Assembly: GCA_044892525.1 (NCBI GenBank)
Contig: CM097885.1
Location: forward strand, 8,806,001 to 8,870,000
Direction: 5' to 3'
Origin: Schmidtea polychroa
Lineage: Eukaryota
Length of the DNA stretch: 64,000 bases
In this document: positions 35,784 to 49,130 of the stretch, one piece after another
How the letters are laid out: every line of letters starts with the position of its first letter
Position numbering within the stretch: position 1 is the first letter of the stretch
Program-made: the position numbers and the translations under genes
Notes under the pieces: model-generated
Told to the model about the DNA's origin: nothing
Databases searched by the model: none
What the model saw: the letters and a program-made list of their open reading frames with translations, nothing else

Positions 35784-36103
35784 TTATACCAACACTGTTC
35801 TATTTGCAGTAATTTGAACTTCATTTTCAAATACTCCATATATTATAACATCTACTGGTTCAGTAATAGCTTTTGCAAACTTTATATCCAGTCGTAAATT
35901 TCCATTTTGTGATAGTTGACTCTGATTTAAATCAAACTCGGGGGCTAAAACAAATGTGAAAAATGGGTATTTGATTTTACATTCTTCAAGAGTTATTCCA
36001 CAATTCAAGTTTTTATCTAAATAAATCAGATTTCTAACAATACTTTGCATATATGTAGCACAGTAATTATCACTTTCGAAATCTTGAGTATATGTTTCTC
36101 TAT
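35784..36103 (-). pseudogene. Family B major capsid C-terminal fragment (repeated at 39244 and 42704)
   Basis: FTFVLAPEFD...QNGNLRLDIKFAKAITEPVDVIIYGVFENEVQITANRTV, a typical Polinton MCP C-terminus. Confidence 0.85.
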
Positions 36104-36449
36104 ATTCATACTTTTTAAATATATTACGTTGCGTTATTTTAATTTTAAATATATTTTAAATACTTATTTTGACGCTAAAGTCGACAGAAAAAAATTATTG
36201 CATATACTTTGCACATACTTTGCAATATTATTATTATTATATATAGTCTGAGTTTATCCGACAAGATATTCTGTCCCCCTATGGGTACTGCTTACAAAGG
36301 TACTGCTAAAAAATATTCAAGGCAAAACTTTAACATATTATTATTACACACACACACACACATATAATGTATAAAAAATTGTTCACAAAGGTACTGCTAA
36401 AAAACTCAAGGCAATAAAATCAATACATTTATTAAATAATTTAACCACA

Positions 36450-38653
36450 TCATCGAAAATAATCATGTCCAAAATAATTATCATCTGCTGGATCATGGAA
36501 ATCATCTGGATCATCTGCTGAGACAGCTTCTGTTGAATCTATAAATATATCGGTGTCACCTCCCCTATAATGGCCATATGCCAAACTTTGAATTTTATCC
36601 ACCCAATTTCGCTTATCATCTCTACATGTCAAGGCTCTTTTATTATTTTTAATACCAAAAAGTTGGTGATTTTTCGATGTTATTCTAAATTGAGGGACTG
36701 TGTATATTTTATCGTTTAAATAACAATCTAGATACGACTGATGTGTTAGTCCCTTAGCCTTCATACTTTCATCATCACCCATTAAACTGTAACATTTAGG
36801 TCTCAAGAATACCCAATCTTCATATAATAAACCTTTATTCTCGTCTTTGAATTTACCAATGACAGAATCAAGGTTCCTCCTATATAAAGGATGATTTGGG
36901 TCAAAATTCGAAGTATCTAATAATTGATCTCTAATCATCGCAGGTAAAAGAATGTCAAGACTACAATGTTTAATTGCCAAGAAGAAGGAATCTCTGTCCG
37001 CAGAAACAATATTAATTTCGCAGTTGAATTCGTCGCGATATTTTTGCAACTGTTCATACTGCTGCTGGTACATCCTGAGTTTGGATAAATCTAGTACAGT
37101 TTGAGCAATGTAACTAGGTCTATTCAAACAGATACAATATTTCCTCAATAAAACCGAAATCAGGTCATCATCTATTTTCGTGGATTTTCGAAAAGTTGGT
37201 TTCGAACAGAATGTTAATAATTTCTGTGAAGAATTACACAGACGTAAATTAATACGTTTTTTTAAGATTTTCAACTGTCTTGCCGTAAAAGACTGTTGTT
37301 TAATAATTTATAAAAATTTTTATCAAGTTTATTTCTCGGCGCTGCTCGTAACACCGTATTTGTGTTAATATAATTTTTGAAAATTTTATCTTGTTTAAAT
37401 TTAATTGCTCTATGAGTTTTTGATATTTTAACACCTAATTTAATAAATATTTGCAGAAGCCTCCAATGAAGAACGTAGTTCATCTTGGGGCTGTGTGTAA
37501 GCAACATCTTCTCTATTTTCGAACCCGGTACACACATCTTTTCAGCGGCAACGGGAAGATCGTCCAGTTTGTCGTGAATTGACGTCGGTATTTCTAAATC
37601 CACGTCTATGGTATAACCATAATCAAGTAGATCTAAATCTACCGTTGTGCACTCAACAATTATATTATTTAATAAATTATCATCTGTAACCCATTAAAAG
37701 TCAGTGCAAGGTAATGGTTGACTTAAAGCCCAACCATATAAATTATTTATATCTATGTAAAGCAAAGCGGTATCCATCATGTAATCAAAAAGTGAAGTAA
37801 ATGAAGTTTCAAGCCAAATTCTCTGAGCTGTCTCATATTCAGCGGGAGTCACATCTTTCCAAATAGGAGGTAACTGACGAGTGTTATGCAAAACCTCTAA
37901 TGAAGTTGTGGCATCATAAGAAAAAAATCTCTTTGCAGTTATTATTGTACCCTGAAATTCTGATTCGGTCAAGGGTAAAGATGATAAAGTTTTGACAGCA
38001 TTATTTAAAAACTCGCTTACAAATTGATAAGAGTCTATAAATTTAACGGTTAATGAGTCAATCCTAGCAAAAAGACTAAGAAATTTCTCGCTGGTTAAAG
38101 GAATACAGCTTATATTCCATGAATGATATTTTGAAAGGCCAAATTTCAAGATATGATGCAGATCATAACCCTTTAAATTATGAAATACTACAGGAAGGAT
38201 ATGTCTAATTTGCCTTGACAGATTACAAACCGTACAAGCGGCACCAAGATATAGACCGGTAAAATATTCATTGTCCTTAACTGGGCTAACTGAAGGCTTA
38301 TTGCACAAATAACATGATGTGCTGTTTGCAAACATTAATTGTTGTTCATCTGTAATTATCATTTTCTTTTGATAATGTTTATAATAATAAGGTGTTACAA
38401 TATATTTCCCTATCATTTCAATTTCAGTAAGAAATTGATCGACGCAATCTAAACCGGTGAACGAGTTATTAATTTTTACGCCGGTAAAATTATTAATAAA
38501 AAGCATATCAGCAGAAATAAGCAGATGACGTTGAAAGTAGCGAGTGTCTTTAGGTAAGATAGCCTCAAAGTCGGTGTAAATAACAAACGGAGGAGTGACT
38601 GTTTTACTCCAATCAGTAAATTCTAAATATTTATTTTTAGGCAATGTATACAA
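36450..38653 (-). pseudogene. Family B pPolB fragment B3, unit 1
   Basis: YTDFEA, FHNLKGYD, YIDINNLYG, KLLNNSL, SADRDS (degenerate DTDS). Internal deletion, stop and frameshift. Confidence 0.92.
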
Positions 38654-38830
38654 TGCCTTTATTACTCAGTGCTTTGTTACTTTGCACTGTGCATGCACTG
38701 AACATGTAATAGTATGACATAATAATTTTAAACATAAAATAATAATATTTAACAAATAATAATAATATTTTTTAAATTAATTATATATCTTTGTCAACAA
38801 ATAAAAAACAAATGATACAGTATACATTTA

Positions 38831-39220
38831 TTAAGCATCAAATTTTTTATACAACAACCATGCCAAACAGTGTTGACCGCATGTTTGAGTCAATGGATTT
38901 TGAAACATAGTTTTATTATATACAATAGCTTTCCCAATTGTTTGCAGTTTAGATATCAACAAAGTAGGATAATAGAAACCCATAGGATCGAATACGAATA
39001 TATCACTAGGTTTCACACATATAGCTATCCAATGTTCTCCACCAAGATGATACGAATGAGTATTGACGATTACGGCTTGATTATTGCTCAAATAAGCAAT
39101 TTTATCGATAGGAAAAACTCCTAAAAATTCATTTCCTAATATTTGTTTTCCGATTTTATTGACCTGAACAGAACTACTTAAATAAATCCAGAGTATAAAA
39201 AACAACTTACTCCATGACAA
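38831..39220 (-). CDS. Family B protease, a/b chimera (identical copy at 42291-42680)
   Basis: 5' part matches the 35371 variant and 3' part matches the 45751 variant. Confidence 0.85.
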   Translation of the reverse strand: MSWSKLFFILWIYLSSSVQVNKIGKQILGNEFLGVFPIDKIAYLSNNQAVIVNTHSYHLGGEHWIAICVKPSDIFVFDPMGFYYPTLLISKLQTIGKAIVYNKTMFQNPLTQTCGQHCLAWLLYKKFDA

Positions 39221-39909
39221 CTTTTTGGTGTTTCTGTATACATTTATACCAACACTGTTCTATTTGCAGTAATTTGAACTTCATTTTCAAATACTCCATA
39301 TATTATAACATCTACTGGTTCAGTAATAGCTTTTGCAAACTTTATATCCAGTCGTAAATTTCCATTTTGTGATAGTTGACTCTGATTTAAATCAAACTCG
39401 GGGGCTAAAACAAATGTGAAAAATGGGTATTTGATTTTACATTCTTCAAGAGTTATTCCACAATTCAAGTTTTTATCTAAATAAATCAGATTTCTAACAA
39501 TACTTTGCATATATGTAGCACAGTAATTATCACTTTCGAAATCTTGAGTATATGTTTCTCTATATTCATACTTTTTAAATATATTACGTTGCGTTATTTT
39601 AATTTTAAATATATTTTAAATACTTATTTTGACGCTAAAGTCGACAGAAAAAAATTATTGCATATACTTTGCACATACTTTGCAATATTATTATTATTAT
39701 ATATAGTCTGAGTTTATCCGACAAGATATTCTGTCCCCCTATGGGTACTGCTTACAAAGGTACTGCTAAAAAATATTCAAGGCAAAACTTTAACATATTA
39801 TTATTACACACACACACACACATATAATGTATAAAAAATTGTTCACAAAGGTACTGCTAAAAAACTCAAGGCAATAAAATCAATACATTTATTAAATAAT
39901 TTAACCACA

Positions 39910-42113
39910 TCATCGAAAATAATCATGTCCAAAATAATTATCATCTGCTGGATCATGGAAATCATCTGGATCATCTGCTGAGACAGCTTCTGTTGAATCT
40001 ATAAATATATCGGTGTCACCTCCCCTATAATGGCCATATGCCAAACTTTGAATTTTATCCACCCAATTTCGCTTATCATCTCTACATGTCAAGGCTCTTT
40101 TATTATTTTTAATACCAAAAAGTTGGTGATTTTTCGATGTTATTCTAAATTGAGGGACTGTGTATATTTTATCGTTTAAATAACAATCTAGATACGACTG
40201 ATGTGTTAGTCCCTTAGCCTTCATACTTTCATCATCACCCATTAAACTGTAACATTTAGGTCTCAAGAATACCCAATCTTCATATAATAAACCTTTATTC
40301 TCGTCTTTGAATTTACCAATGACAGAATCAAGGTTCCTCCTATATAAAGGATGATTTGGGTCAAAATTCGAAGTATCTAATAATTGATCTCTAATCATCG
40401 CAGGTAAAAGAATGTCAAGACTACAATGTTTAATTGCCAAGAAGAAGGAATCTCTGTCCGCAGAAACAATATTAATTTCGCAGTTGAATTCGTCGCGATA
40501 TTTTTGCAACTGTTCATACTGCTGCTGGTACATCCTGAGTTTGGATAAATCTAGTACAGTTTGAGCAATGTAACTAGGTCTATTCAAACAGATACAATAT
40601 TTCCTCAATAAAACCGAAATCAGGTCATCATCTATTTTCGTGGATTTTCGAAAAGTTGGTTTCGAACAGAATGTTAATAATTTCTGTGAAGAATTACACA
40701 GACGTAAATTAATACGTTTTTTTAAGATTTTCAACTGTCTTGCCGTAAAAGACTGTTGTTTAATAATTTATAAAAATTTTTATCAAGTTTATTTCTCGGC
40801 GCTGCTCGTAACACCGTATTTGTGTTAATATAATTTTTGAAAATTTTATCTTGTTTAAATTTAATTGCTCTATGAGTTTTTGATATTTTAACACCTAATT
40901 TAATAAATATTTGCAGAAGCCTCCAATGAAGAACGTAGTTCATCTTGGGGCTGTGTGTAAGCAACATCTTCTCTATTTTCGAACCCGGTACACACATCTT
41001 TTCAGCGGCAACGGGAAGATCGTCCAGTTTGTCGTGAATTGACGTCGGTATTTCTAAATCCACGTCTATGGTATAACCATAATCAAGTAGATCTAAATCT
41101 ACCGTTGTGCACTCAACAATTATATTATTTAATAAATTATCATCTGTAACCCATTAAAAGTCAGTGCAAGGTAATGGTTGACTTAAAGCCCAACCATATA
41201 AATTATTTATATCTATGTAAAGCAAAGCGGTATCCATCATGTAATCAAAAAGTGAAGTAAATGAAGTTTCAAGCCAAATTCTCTGAGCTGTCTCATATTC
41301 AGCGGGAGTCACATCTTTCCAAATAGGAGGTAACTGACGAGTGTTATGCAAAACCTCTAATGAAGTTGTGGCATCATAAGAAAAAAATCTCTTTGCAGTT
41401 ATTATTGTACCCTGAAATTCTGATTCGGTCAAGGGTAAAGATGATAAAGTTTTGACAGCATTATTTAAAAACTCGCTTACAAATTGATAAGAGTCTATAA
41501 ATTTAACGGTTAATGAGTCAATCCTAGCAAAAAGACTAAGAAATTTCTCGCTGGTTAAAGGAATACAGCTTATATTCCATGAATGATATTTTGAAAGGCC
41601 AAATTTCAAGATATGATGCAGATCATAACCCTTTAAATTATGAAATACTACAGGAAGGATATGTCTAATTTGCCTTGACAGATTACAAACCGTACAAGCG
41701 GCACCAAGATATAGACCGGTAAAATATTCATTGTCCTTAACTGGGCTAACTGAAGGCTTATTGCACAAATAACATGATGTGCTGTTTGCAAACATTAATT
41801 GTTGTTCATCTGTAATTATCATTTTCTTTTGATAATGTTTATAATAATAAGGTGTTACAATATATTTCCCTATCATTTCAATTTCAGTAAGAAATTGATC
41901 GACGCAATCTAAACCGGTGAACGAGTTATTAATTTTTACGCCGGTAAAATTATTAATAAAAAGCATATCAGCAGAAATAAGCAGATGACGTTGAAAGTAG
42001 CGAGTGTCTTTAGGTAAGATAGCCTCAAAGTCGGTGTAAATAACAAACGGAGGAGTGACTGTTTTACTCCAATCAGTAAATTCTAAATATTTATTTTTAG
42101 GCAATGTATACAA
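39910..42113 (-). pseudogene. Family B pPolB fragment B3, unit 2
   Basis: Translations identical to 36450-38653. Confidence 0.92.
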
Positions 42114-43369
42114 TGCCTTTATTACTCAGTGCTTTGTTACTTTGCACTGTGCATGCACTGAACATGTAATAGTATGACATAATAATTTTAAACATAAAAT
42201 AATAATATTTAACAAATAATAATAATATTTTTTAAATTAATTATATATCTTTGTCAACAAATAAAAAACAAATGATACAGTATACATTTATTAAGCATCA
42301 AATTTTTTATACAACAACCATGCCAAACAGTGTTGACCGCATGTTTGAGTCAATGGATTTTGAAACATAGTTTTATTATATACAATAGCTTTCCCAATTG
42401 TTTGCAGTTTAGATATCAACAAAGTAGGATAATAGAAACCCATAGGATCGAATACGAATATATCACTAGGTTTCACACATATAGCTATCCAATGTTCTCC
42501 ACCAAGATGATACGAATGAGTATTGACGATTACGGCTTGATTATTGCTCAAATAAGCAATTTTATCGATAGGAAAAACTCCTAAAAATTCATTTCCTAAT
42601 ATTTGTTTTCCGATTTTATTGACCTGAACAGAACTACTTAAATAAATCCAGAGTATAAAAAACAACTTACTCCATGACAACTTTTTGGTGTTTCTGTATA
42701 CATTTATACCAACACTGTTCTATTTGCAGTAATTTGAACTTCATTTTCAAATACTCCATATATTATAACATCTACTGGTTCAGTAATAGCTTTTGCAAAC
42801 TTTATATCCAGTCGTAAATTTCCATTTTGTGATAGTTGACTCTGATTTAAATCAAACTCGGGGGCTAAAACAAATGTGAAAAATGGGTATTTGATTTTAC
42901 ATTCTTCAAGAGTTATTCCACAATTCAAGTTTTTATCTAAATAAATCAGATTTCTAACAATACTTTGCATATATGTAGCACAGTAATTATCACTTTCGAA
43001 ATCTTGAGTATATGTTTCTCTATATTCATACTTTTTAAATATATTACGTTGCGTTATTTTAATTTTAAATATATTTTAAATACTTATTTTGACGCTAAAG
43101 TCGACAGAAAAAAATTATTGCATATACTTTGCACATACTTTGCAATATTATTATTATTATATATAGTCTGAGTTTATCCGACAAGATATTCTGTCCCCCT
43201 ATGGGTACTGCTTACAAAGGTACTGCTAAAAAATATTCAAGGCAAAACTTTAACATATTATTATTACACACACACACACACATATAATGTATAAAAAATT
43301 GTTCACAAAGGTACTGCTAAAAAACTCAAGGCAATAAAATCAATACATTTATTAAATAATTTAACCACA

Positions 43370-45573
43370 TCATCGAAAATAATCATGTCCAAAATAATTA
43401 TCATCTGCTGGATCATGGAAATCATCTGGATCATCTGCTGAGACAGCTTCTGTTGAATCTATAAATATATCGGTGTCACCTCCCCTATAATGGCCATATG
43501 CCAAACTTTGAATTTTATCCACCCAATTTCGCTTATCATCTCTACATGTCAAGGCTCTTTTATTATTTTTAATACCAAAAAGTTGGTGATTTTTCGATGT
43601 TATTCTAAATTGAGGGACTGTGTATATTTTATCGTTTAAATAACAATCTAGATACGACTGATGTGTTAGTCCCTTAGCCTTCATACTTTCATCATCACCC
43701 ATTAAACTGTAACATTTAGGTCTCAAGAATACCCAATCTTCATATAATAAACCTTTATTCTCGTCTTTGAATTTACCAATGACAGAATCAAGGTTCCTCC
43801 TATATAAAGGATGATTTGGGTCAAAATTCGAAGTATCTAATAATTGATCTCTAATCATCGCAGGTAAAAGAATGTCAAGACTACAATGTTTAATTGCCAA
43901 GAAGAAGGAATCTCTGTCCGCAGAAACAATATTAATTTCGCAGTTGAATTCGTCGCGATATTTTTGCAACTGTTCATACTGCTGCTGGTACATCCTGAGT
44001 TTGGATAAATCTAGTACAGTTTGAGCAATGTAACTAGGTCTATTCAAACAGATACAATATTTCCTCAATAAAACCGAAATCAGGTCATCATCTATTTTCG
44101 TGGATTTTCGAAAAGTTGGTTTCGAACAGAATGTTAATAATTTCTGTGAAGAATTACACAGACGTAAATTAATACGTTTTTTTAAGATTTTCAACTGTCT
44201 TGCCGTAAAAGACTGTTGTTTAATAATTTATAAAAATTTTTATCAAGTTTATTTCTCGGCGCTGCTCGTAACACCGTATTTGTGTTAATATAATTTTTGA
44301 AAATTTTATCTTGTTTAAATTTAATTGCTCTATGAGTTTTTGATATTTTAACACCTAATTTAATAAATATTTGCAGAAGCCTCCAATGAAGAACGTAGTT
44401 CATCTTGGGGCTGTGTGTAAGCAACATCTTCTCTATTTTCGAACCCGGTACACACATCTTTTCAGCGGCAACGGGAAGATCGTCCAGTTTGTCGTGAATT
44501 GACGTCGGTATTTCTAAATCCACGTCTATGGTATAACCATAATCAAGTAGATCTAAATCTACCGTTGTGCACTCAACAATTATATTATTTAATAAATTAT
44601 CATCTGTAACCCATTAAAAGTCAGTGCAAGGTAATGGTTGACTTAAAGCCCAACCATATAAATTATTTATATCTATGTAAAGCAAAGCGGTATCCATCAT
44701 GTAATCAAAAAGTGAAGTAAATGAAGTTTCAAGCCAAATTCTCTGAGCTGTCTCATATTCAGCGGGAGTCACATCTTTCCAAATAGGAGGTAACTGACGA
44801 GTGTTATGCAAAACCTCTAATGAAGTTGTGGCATCATAAGAAAAAAATCTCTTTGCAGTTATTATTGTACCCTGAAATTCTGATTCGGTCAAGGGTAAAG
44901 ATGATAAAGTTTTGACAGCATTATTTAAAAACTCGCTTACAAATTGATAAGAGTCTATAAATTTAACGGTTAATGAGTCAATCCTAGCAAAAAGACTAAG
45001 AAATTTCTCGCTGGTTAAAGGAATACAGCTTATATTCCATGAATGATATTTTGAAAGGCCAAATTTCAAGATATGATGCAGATCATAACCCTTTAAATTA
45101 TGAAATACTACAGGAAGGATATGTCTAATTTGCCTTGACAGATTACAAACCGTACAAGCGGCACCAAGATATAGACCGGTAAAATATTCATTGTCCTTAA
45201 CTGGGCTAACTGAAGGCTTATTGCACAAATAACATGATGTGCTGTTTGCAAACATTAATTGTTGTTCATCTGTAATTATCATTTTCTTTTGATAATGTTT
45301 ATAATAATAAGGTGTTACAATATATTTCCCTATCATTTCAATTTCAGTAAGAAATTGATCGACGCAATCTAAACCGGTGAACGAGTTATTAATTTTTACG
45401 CCGGTAAAATTATTAATAAAAAGCATATCAGCAGAAATAAGCAGATGACGTTGAAAGTAGCGAGTGTCTTTAGGTAAGATAGCCTCAAAGTCGGTGTAAA
45501 TAACAAACGGAGGAGTGACTGTTTTACTCCAATCAGTAAATTCTAAATATTTATTTTTAGGCAATGTATACAA
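43370..45573 (-). pseudogene. Family B pPolB fragment B3, unit 3
   Basis: Translations identical to 36450-38653. Confidence 0.92.
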
Positions 45574-45750
45574 TGCCTTTATTACTCAGTGCTTTGTTAC
45601 TTTGCACTGTGCATGCACTGAACATGTAATAGTATGACATAATAATTTTAAACATAAAATAATAATATTTAACAAATAATAATAATATTTTTTAAATTAA
45701 TTATATATCTTTGTCAACAAATAAAAAACAAATGATACAGTATACATTTA

Positions 45751-46136
45751 TTAAGCATCAAATTTTTTATACAACAACCATGCCAAACAGTGTTGACCGC
45801 ATGTTTGAGTCAATGGATTTTGAAACATAGTTTTATTATATACAATAGCTTTCCCAATTGTTTGCAGTTTAGATATCAACAAAGTAGGATAATAGAAACC
45901 CATAGGATCGAATACGAATATATCACTAGGTTTCACACATATAGCTATCCAATGTTCTCCACCAAGATGATACGAATGAGTATTGACGATTACGGCTTGA
46001 TTATTGCTCAAATAAGCAATTTTATCGATAGGAAAAACTCCTAAAAATTCATTTCCTAATATTTGTTTTCCAATTCGATTAACCTGAACAGAACTACTGT
46101 AATAAAATTAAACAGTATCAAAAACACTAACTCCAT
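45751..46136 (-). CDS. Family B adenain-like protease, variant b
   Basis: GGEHWIA, FDPMG, QTCGQHC. The 5' end needs a short intron or is frameshifted. Confidence 0.8.
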
Positions 46137-46163
46137 GACAAATTTCTATATTTCTGTTTACAT

Positions 46164-46540
46164 TTATACTAGCACGGTTCTATTTGCAGTAATTTGAACT
46201 TCATTTTCCAATACTCCATATATAATAACATGTACCAGTTCTGTAATGGCCTTTGCAAACTTTATATCCAGTCGTAAATTGACGTTTTGTGATAGTTGAC
46301 TCTGATTTAAATCAAACTCGGGGGCTAAAACAAATGTGAAAAATGGGTATTTGATTTTAAATTCTTCAAGAGTTATTCCACAATTCAAATTTTTATCTAA
46401 ATAACCCAGATTTCTAACAATACTTTGCATATATGTAGCACAGTAATTATCACGTTCGAAATCTTGAGTATATGTTTCTCTATAATCAGTAATTTTAGAC
46501 AAAGTCAATGAAGTAACACCAAAGTTTTTGAAAATTGAGC
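46164..46540 (-). pseudogene. Family B major capsid C-terminal part
   Basis: FKNFGVTSL...YMQSIVRNLG...NCGITLEEF...NLRLDIKFAKA. Confidence 0.82.
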
Positions 46541-46589
46541 TGGAAGCAGTATGAGATCTTTTGAAATAAATCTTACATTGACTATAAAA

Positions 46590-46748
46590 TAGGAATGTGT
46601 TGTACACGAATGTAAAATCTTGCAGTGCAACTTCTCAGTCACTATTTAAAGAAATCGGATTCTGGAGATTGACCATAAATTTGCTGGCCTGATTATCTGG
46701 ATGAATTAATGGGCAACTATTGCTTGGTAAAATAGTATAAAAATTCAC
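46590..46748 (-). pseudogene. Family B penton N-terminal fragment, fused by deletion to the capsid remnant
   Basis: Manual translation NFYTILPSNSCPLIHPDNQASKFMVNLQNPISLNSD*EVALQDF matches the Polinton penton start FYxxLPSN...WEVAL. Confidence 0.8.
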
Positions 46749-47372
46749 TTTACAAGGTCCTTTTTTGATATCCATGATGGGTTTTGATATCCATGCCACT
46801 TGACATAGTATTGTTTATCCTTGCCGACCTTTTTAGTTTTCAATATCTTTTGAATTCTAAATACTTTTGGAGGAGGAATAACTTGTAATTCTTGCTCATA
46901 AAATTTTCCTTGTACAATATTATTATCATTGTCTTTGATGACAATCATTACAGGACTCTGGCTAGTATTTACTTTTGAAATTACAAAGACTTCATCATTC
47001 TAATTTGTATCGAAATGTTTAATAAATGGTGATGCACTAATTTTACTAATTCTAACATGGTCACCTACTTTATATTTAGGTTTTGTAATTTTTACAGGTT
47101 TTGTAGAATAGAATGTTTTTGAAGTGATATCAATCGGCATTAATCTATTCAGTCCTCGATGTGATGAATGATTATAACTGGTTATTATTTTTGGTAAAAC
47201 CAATATCCATTTTTTATTACCTTGATGTACAAAGAATTTCTTTAATCTATCTCTCAATGTTCATTTAAATCTTTCAACATGAGCAGCTTTGTATTGATAA
47301 TGTACCGAGTAATGGTTTATTTTCAATTTATTGAGGATTTGCTTGACTTTACTGTTGTAGAATTCTTTACCT

Positions 47373-47440
<68 letters not shown>

Positions 47441-47840
47441 TTTAATAATATTACCTAAATCCGTTTGCAAGTTATTAGGATGTCCTTTTTAAATAAATTA
47501 TTAACAGCTTTTGACATTTCATCTGCAGATTTTGACCTTGACTGGTATTGCTCGAGCAAACCAACTGAATACGTCAATACATGTTAAAATATATTTATAC
47601 CGAATGTTAATTTTCGAATAGGGTATCATCTCCATCAAATCCATTTGCCATAAATCATTTATTCCATGTTTTATATGCTCTTGTTGGAAATCGTTTCTGC
47701 ATTGGTTTGTTCAAACTGTACGCAAGCTGGTCTGATAACCACTTCTGGGTTTCCTTTTTCGAATTCGGAACTCTTTTCTTTATTTTTGCGACTCCACCAA
47801 AACCGGCTTCGTCTTCGGGGTTCGTCCAAATCTTATCCAT
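46745..47840 (-). pseudogene. Family B RVE integrase with C-terminal chromodomain, frameshifted
   Basis: NPEDEAGFGG, WQMDL, CIDVFS, QTDLG|KEFYN, KAAHVERF, PKYKVGDHVRI, GKFYEQELQ, YYVKWHGY..SWI. Confidence 0.92.
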
Positions 47841-47901
47841 TACAACAAGAAGATTTAATATTAAATTTAATGTCGGGTAATGAAGGATTAGCACTCATTG
47901 T

Positions 47902-48240
47902 TTATGATCGACTTCCTATTATTCCACTTAATAATGATATTGCTAAAGGTATCAATGCACCGATAAATTTCCCTTGTTGTTTATATATAATTTTTCTCAT
48001 TTGTTGACGATTTTTATTATTTACTAATGATAACAAAGGTTTTCTTTACTCAGTAATTGCTTTTTAGATTTACTGATTTTAATCTTGCCTTTGACTACTT
48101 TAAGTATAATATCGACAATATAATTTGGAAATGATTGCAAAATACTGTTTCTTTTCATACTTGGTGCCTTTAACAATGTATTAAAAAACGGGAAACTCCG
48201 ATGATTTTTAACAACTTTTACTTTCTTACTTGTTTTACTT
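47902..48240 (-). pseudogene. Family B small basic pX-like protein
   Basis: Manual translation ends RKIIYKQQGKFIGALIPLAISLLSGIIGSRS*. Confidence 0.6.
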
Positions 48241-48394
48241 TTAGGTTAGAGGTTTAGGATTTTTCGAAATAAGATTCATTGCAGAAATATTTTCTGTAAT
48301 AAGTTCTTTAGATGGAGTATAACTAGTTGTTGGTGGAACTTTTAGTTGTTTTTAACCTGATATCCTTGTTTTTGAAAACATGATTTATATGTTT

Positions 48395-48985
48395 TCAAAT
48401 TTGTTTTGAACTTTGTTTATAAACCATGGCACCTTTTGGGTTGAAAATATCTGTTTTTATCCGTATATCATCAGGACATTGTTGTGTGAAATCGAGAAAT
48501 ATATATCCATGCGGTATTTTCGTAGCAACTTGAAATGCTTTGATAAGAAAATTACGGTTATTAGGGTAAGCTTGACGTGCAAGAAAATCAATCAAGTGTT
48601 CGATGTGCACCACCTTGATGAAATAAATTTTGTGTTATGAAAATAACTGTTACACCAACACAGGAACTATTATTGATTCACTATTTCCCCTATTGTAATT
48701 TCATCATAAAACATTTCCAATAAAACTTCACCCATTTAAATATTCAAAAGATTCCACCAGTCCCTCACCAAATATTTTGACCCATTTAAACATCCAACCG
48801 TCTACAGTTTTTACAATAATCAAGTGATTGGATATTTCTCTTAATTTTGATGATGACTTTATAATGATATTGAATTTTACTAAAGAATTTTTTCAATAAT
48901 TATATTTTCCAGAGACTGAAACCGAACCCGAACCCGAAACCATCCAATCAACATTGAATATGGTTACAACTGATCCACAGCATAC
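48395..48985 (-). pseudogene. Family B packaging ATPase, degenerate
   Basis: C-terminal FLARQAYP...ATKIPHGYIFLDFTQQCPDDIRIKTDIF; remnant PYSMLIG...SGK near 48915-48965. Confidence 0.8.
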
Positions 48986-49130
48986 TAATGTTGCAATTAG
49001 TTTATAATTGGCCAAATGCATCAATAAACTGATTTTTTAAAAATGTTTTTTTAACAAATATTTCCAAAATAATAAAACTGATGAAAAGCCAAAATAAATC
49101 AATTTTTATTGAAATGCTTTTTTAAATTTC

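Larger units (their letters stand above)
35684..46071. repeat. Apparently perfect tandem triplication of a 3460-bp unit of family B fragments
   Basis: All ORFs recur at +3460 and +6920 with identical translations. Identity starts at 35684 and ends at 46071, both inside protease genes. Confidence 0.97.
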
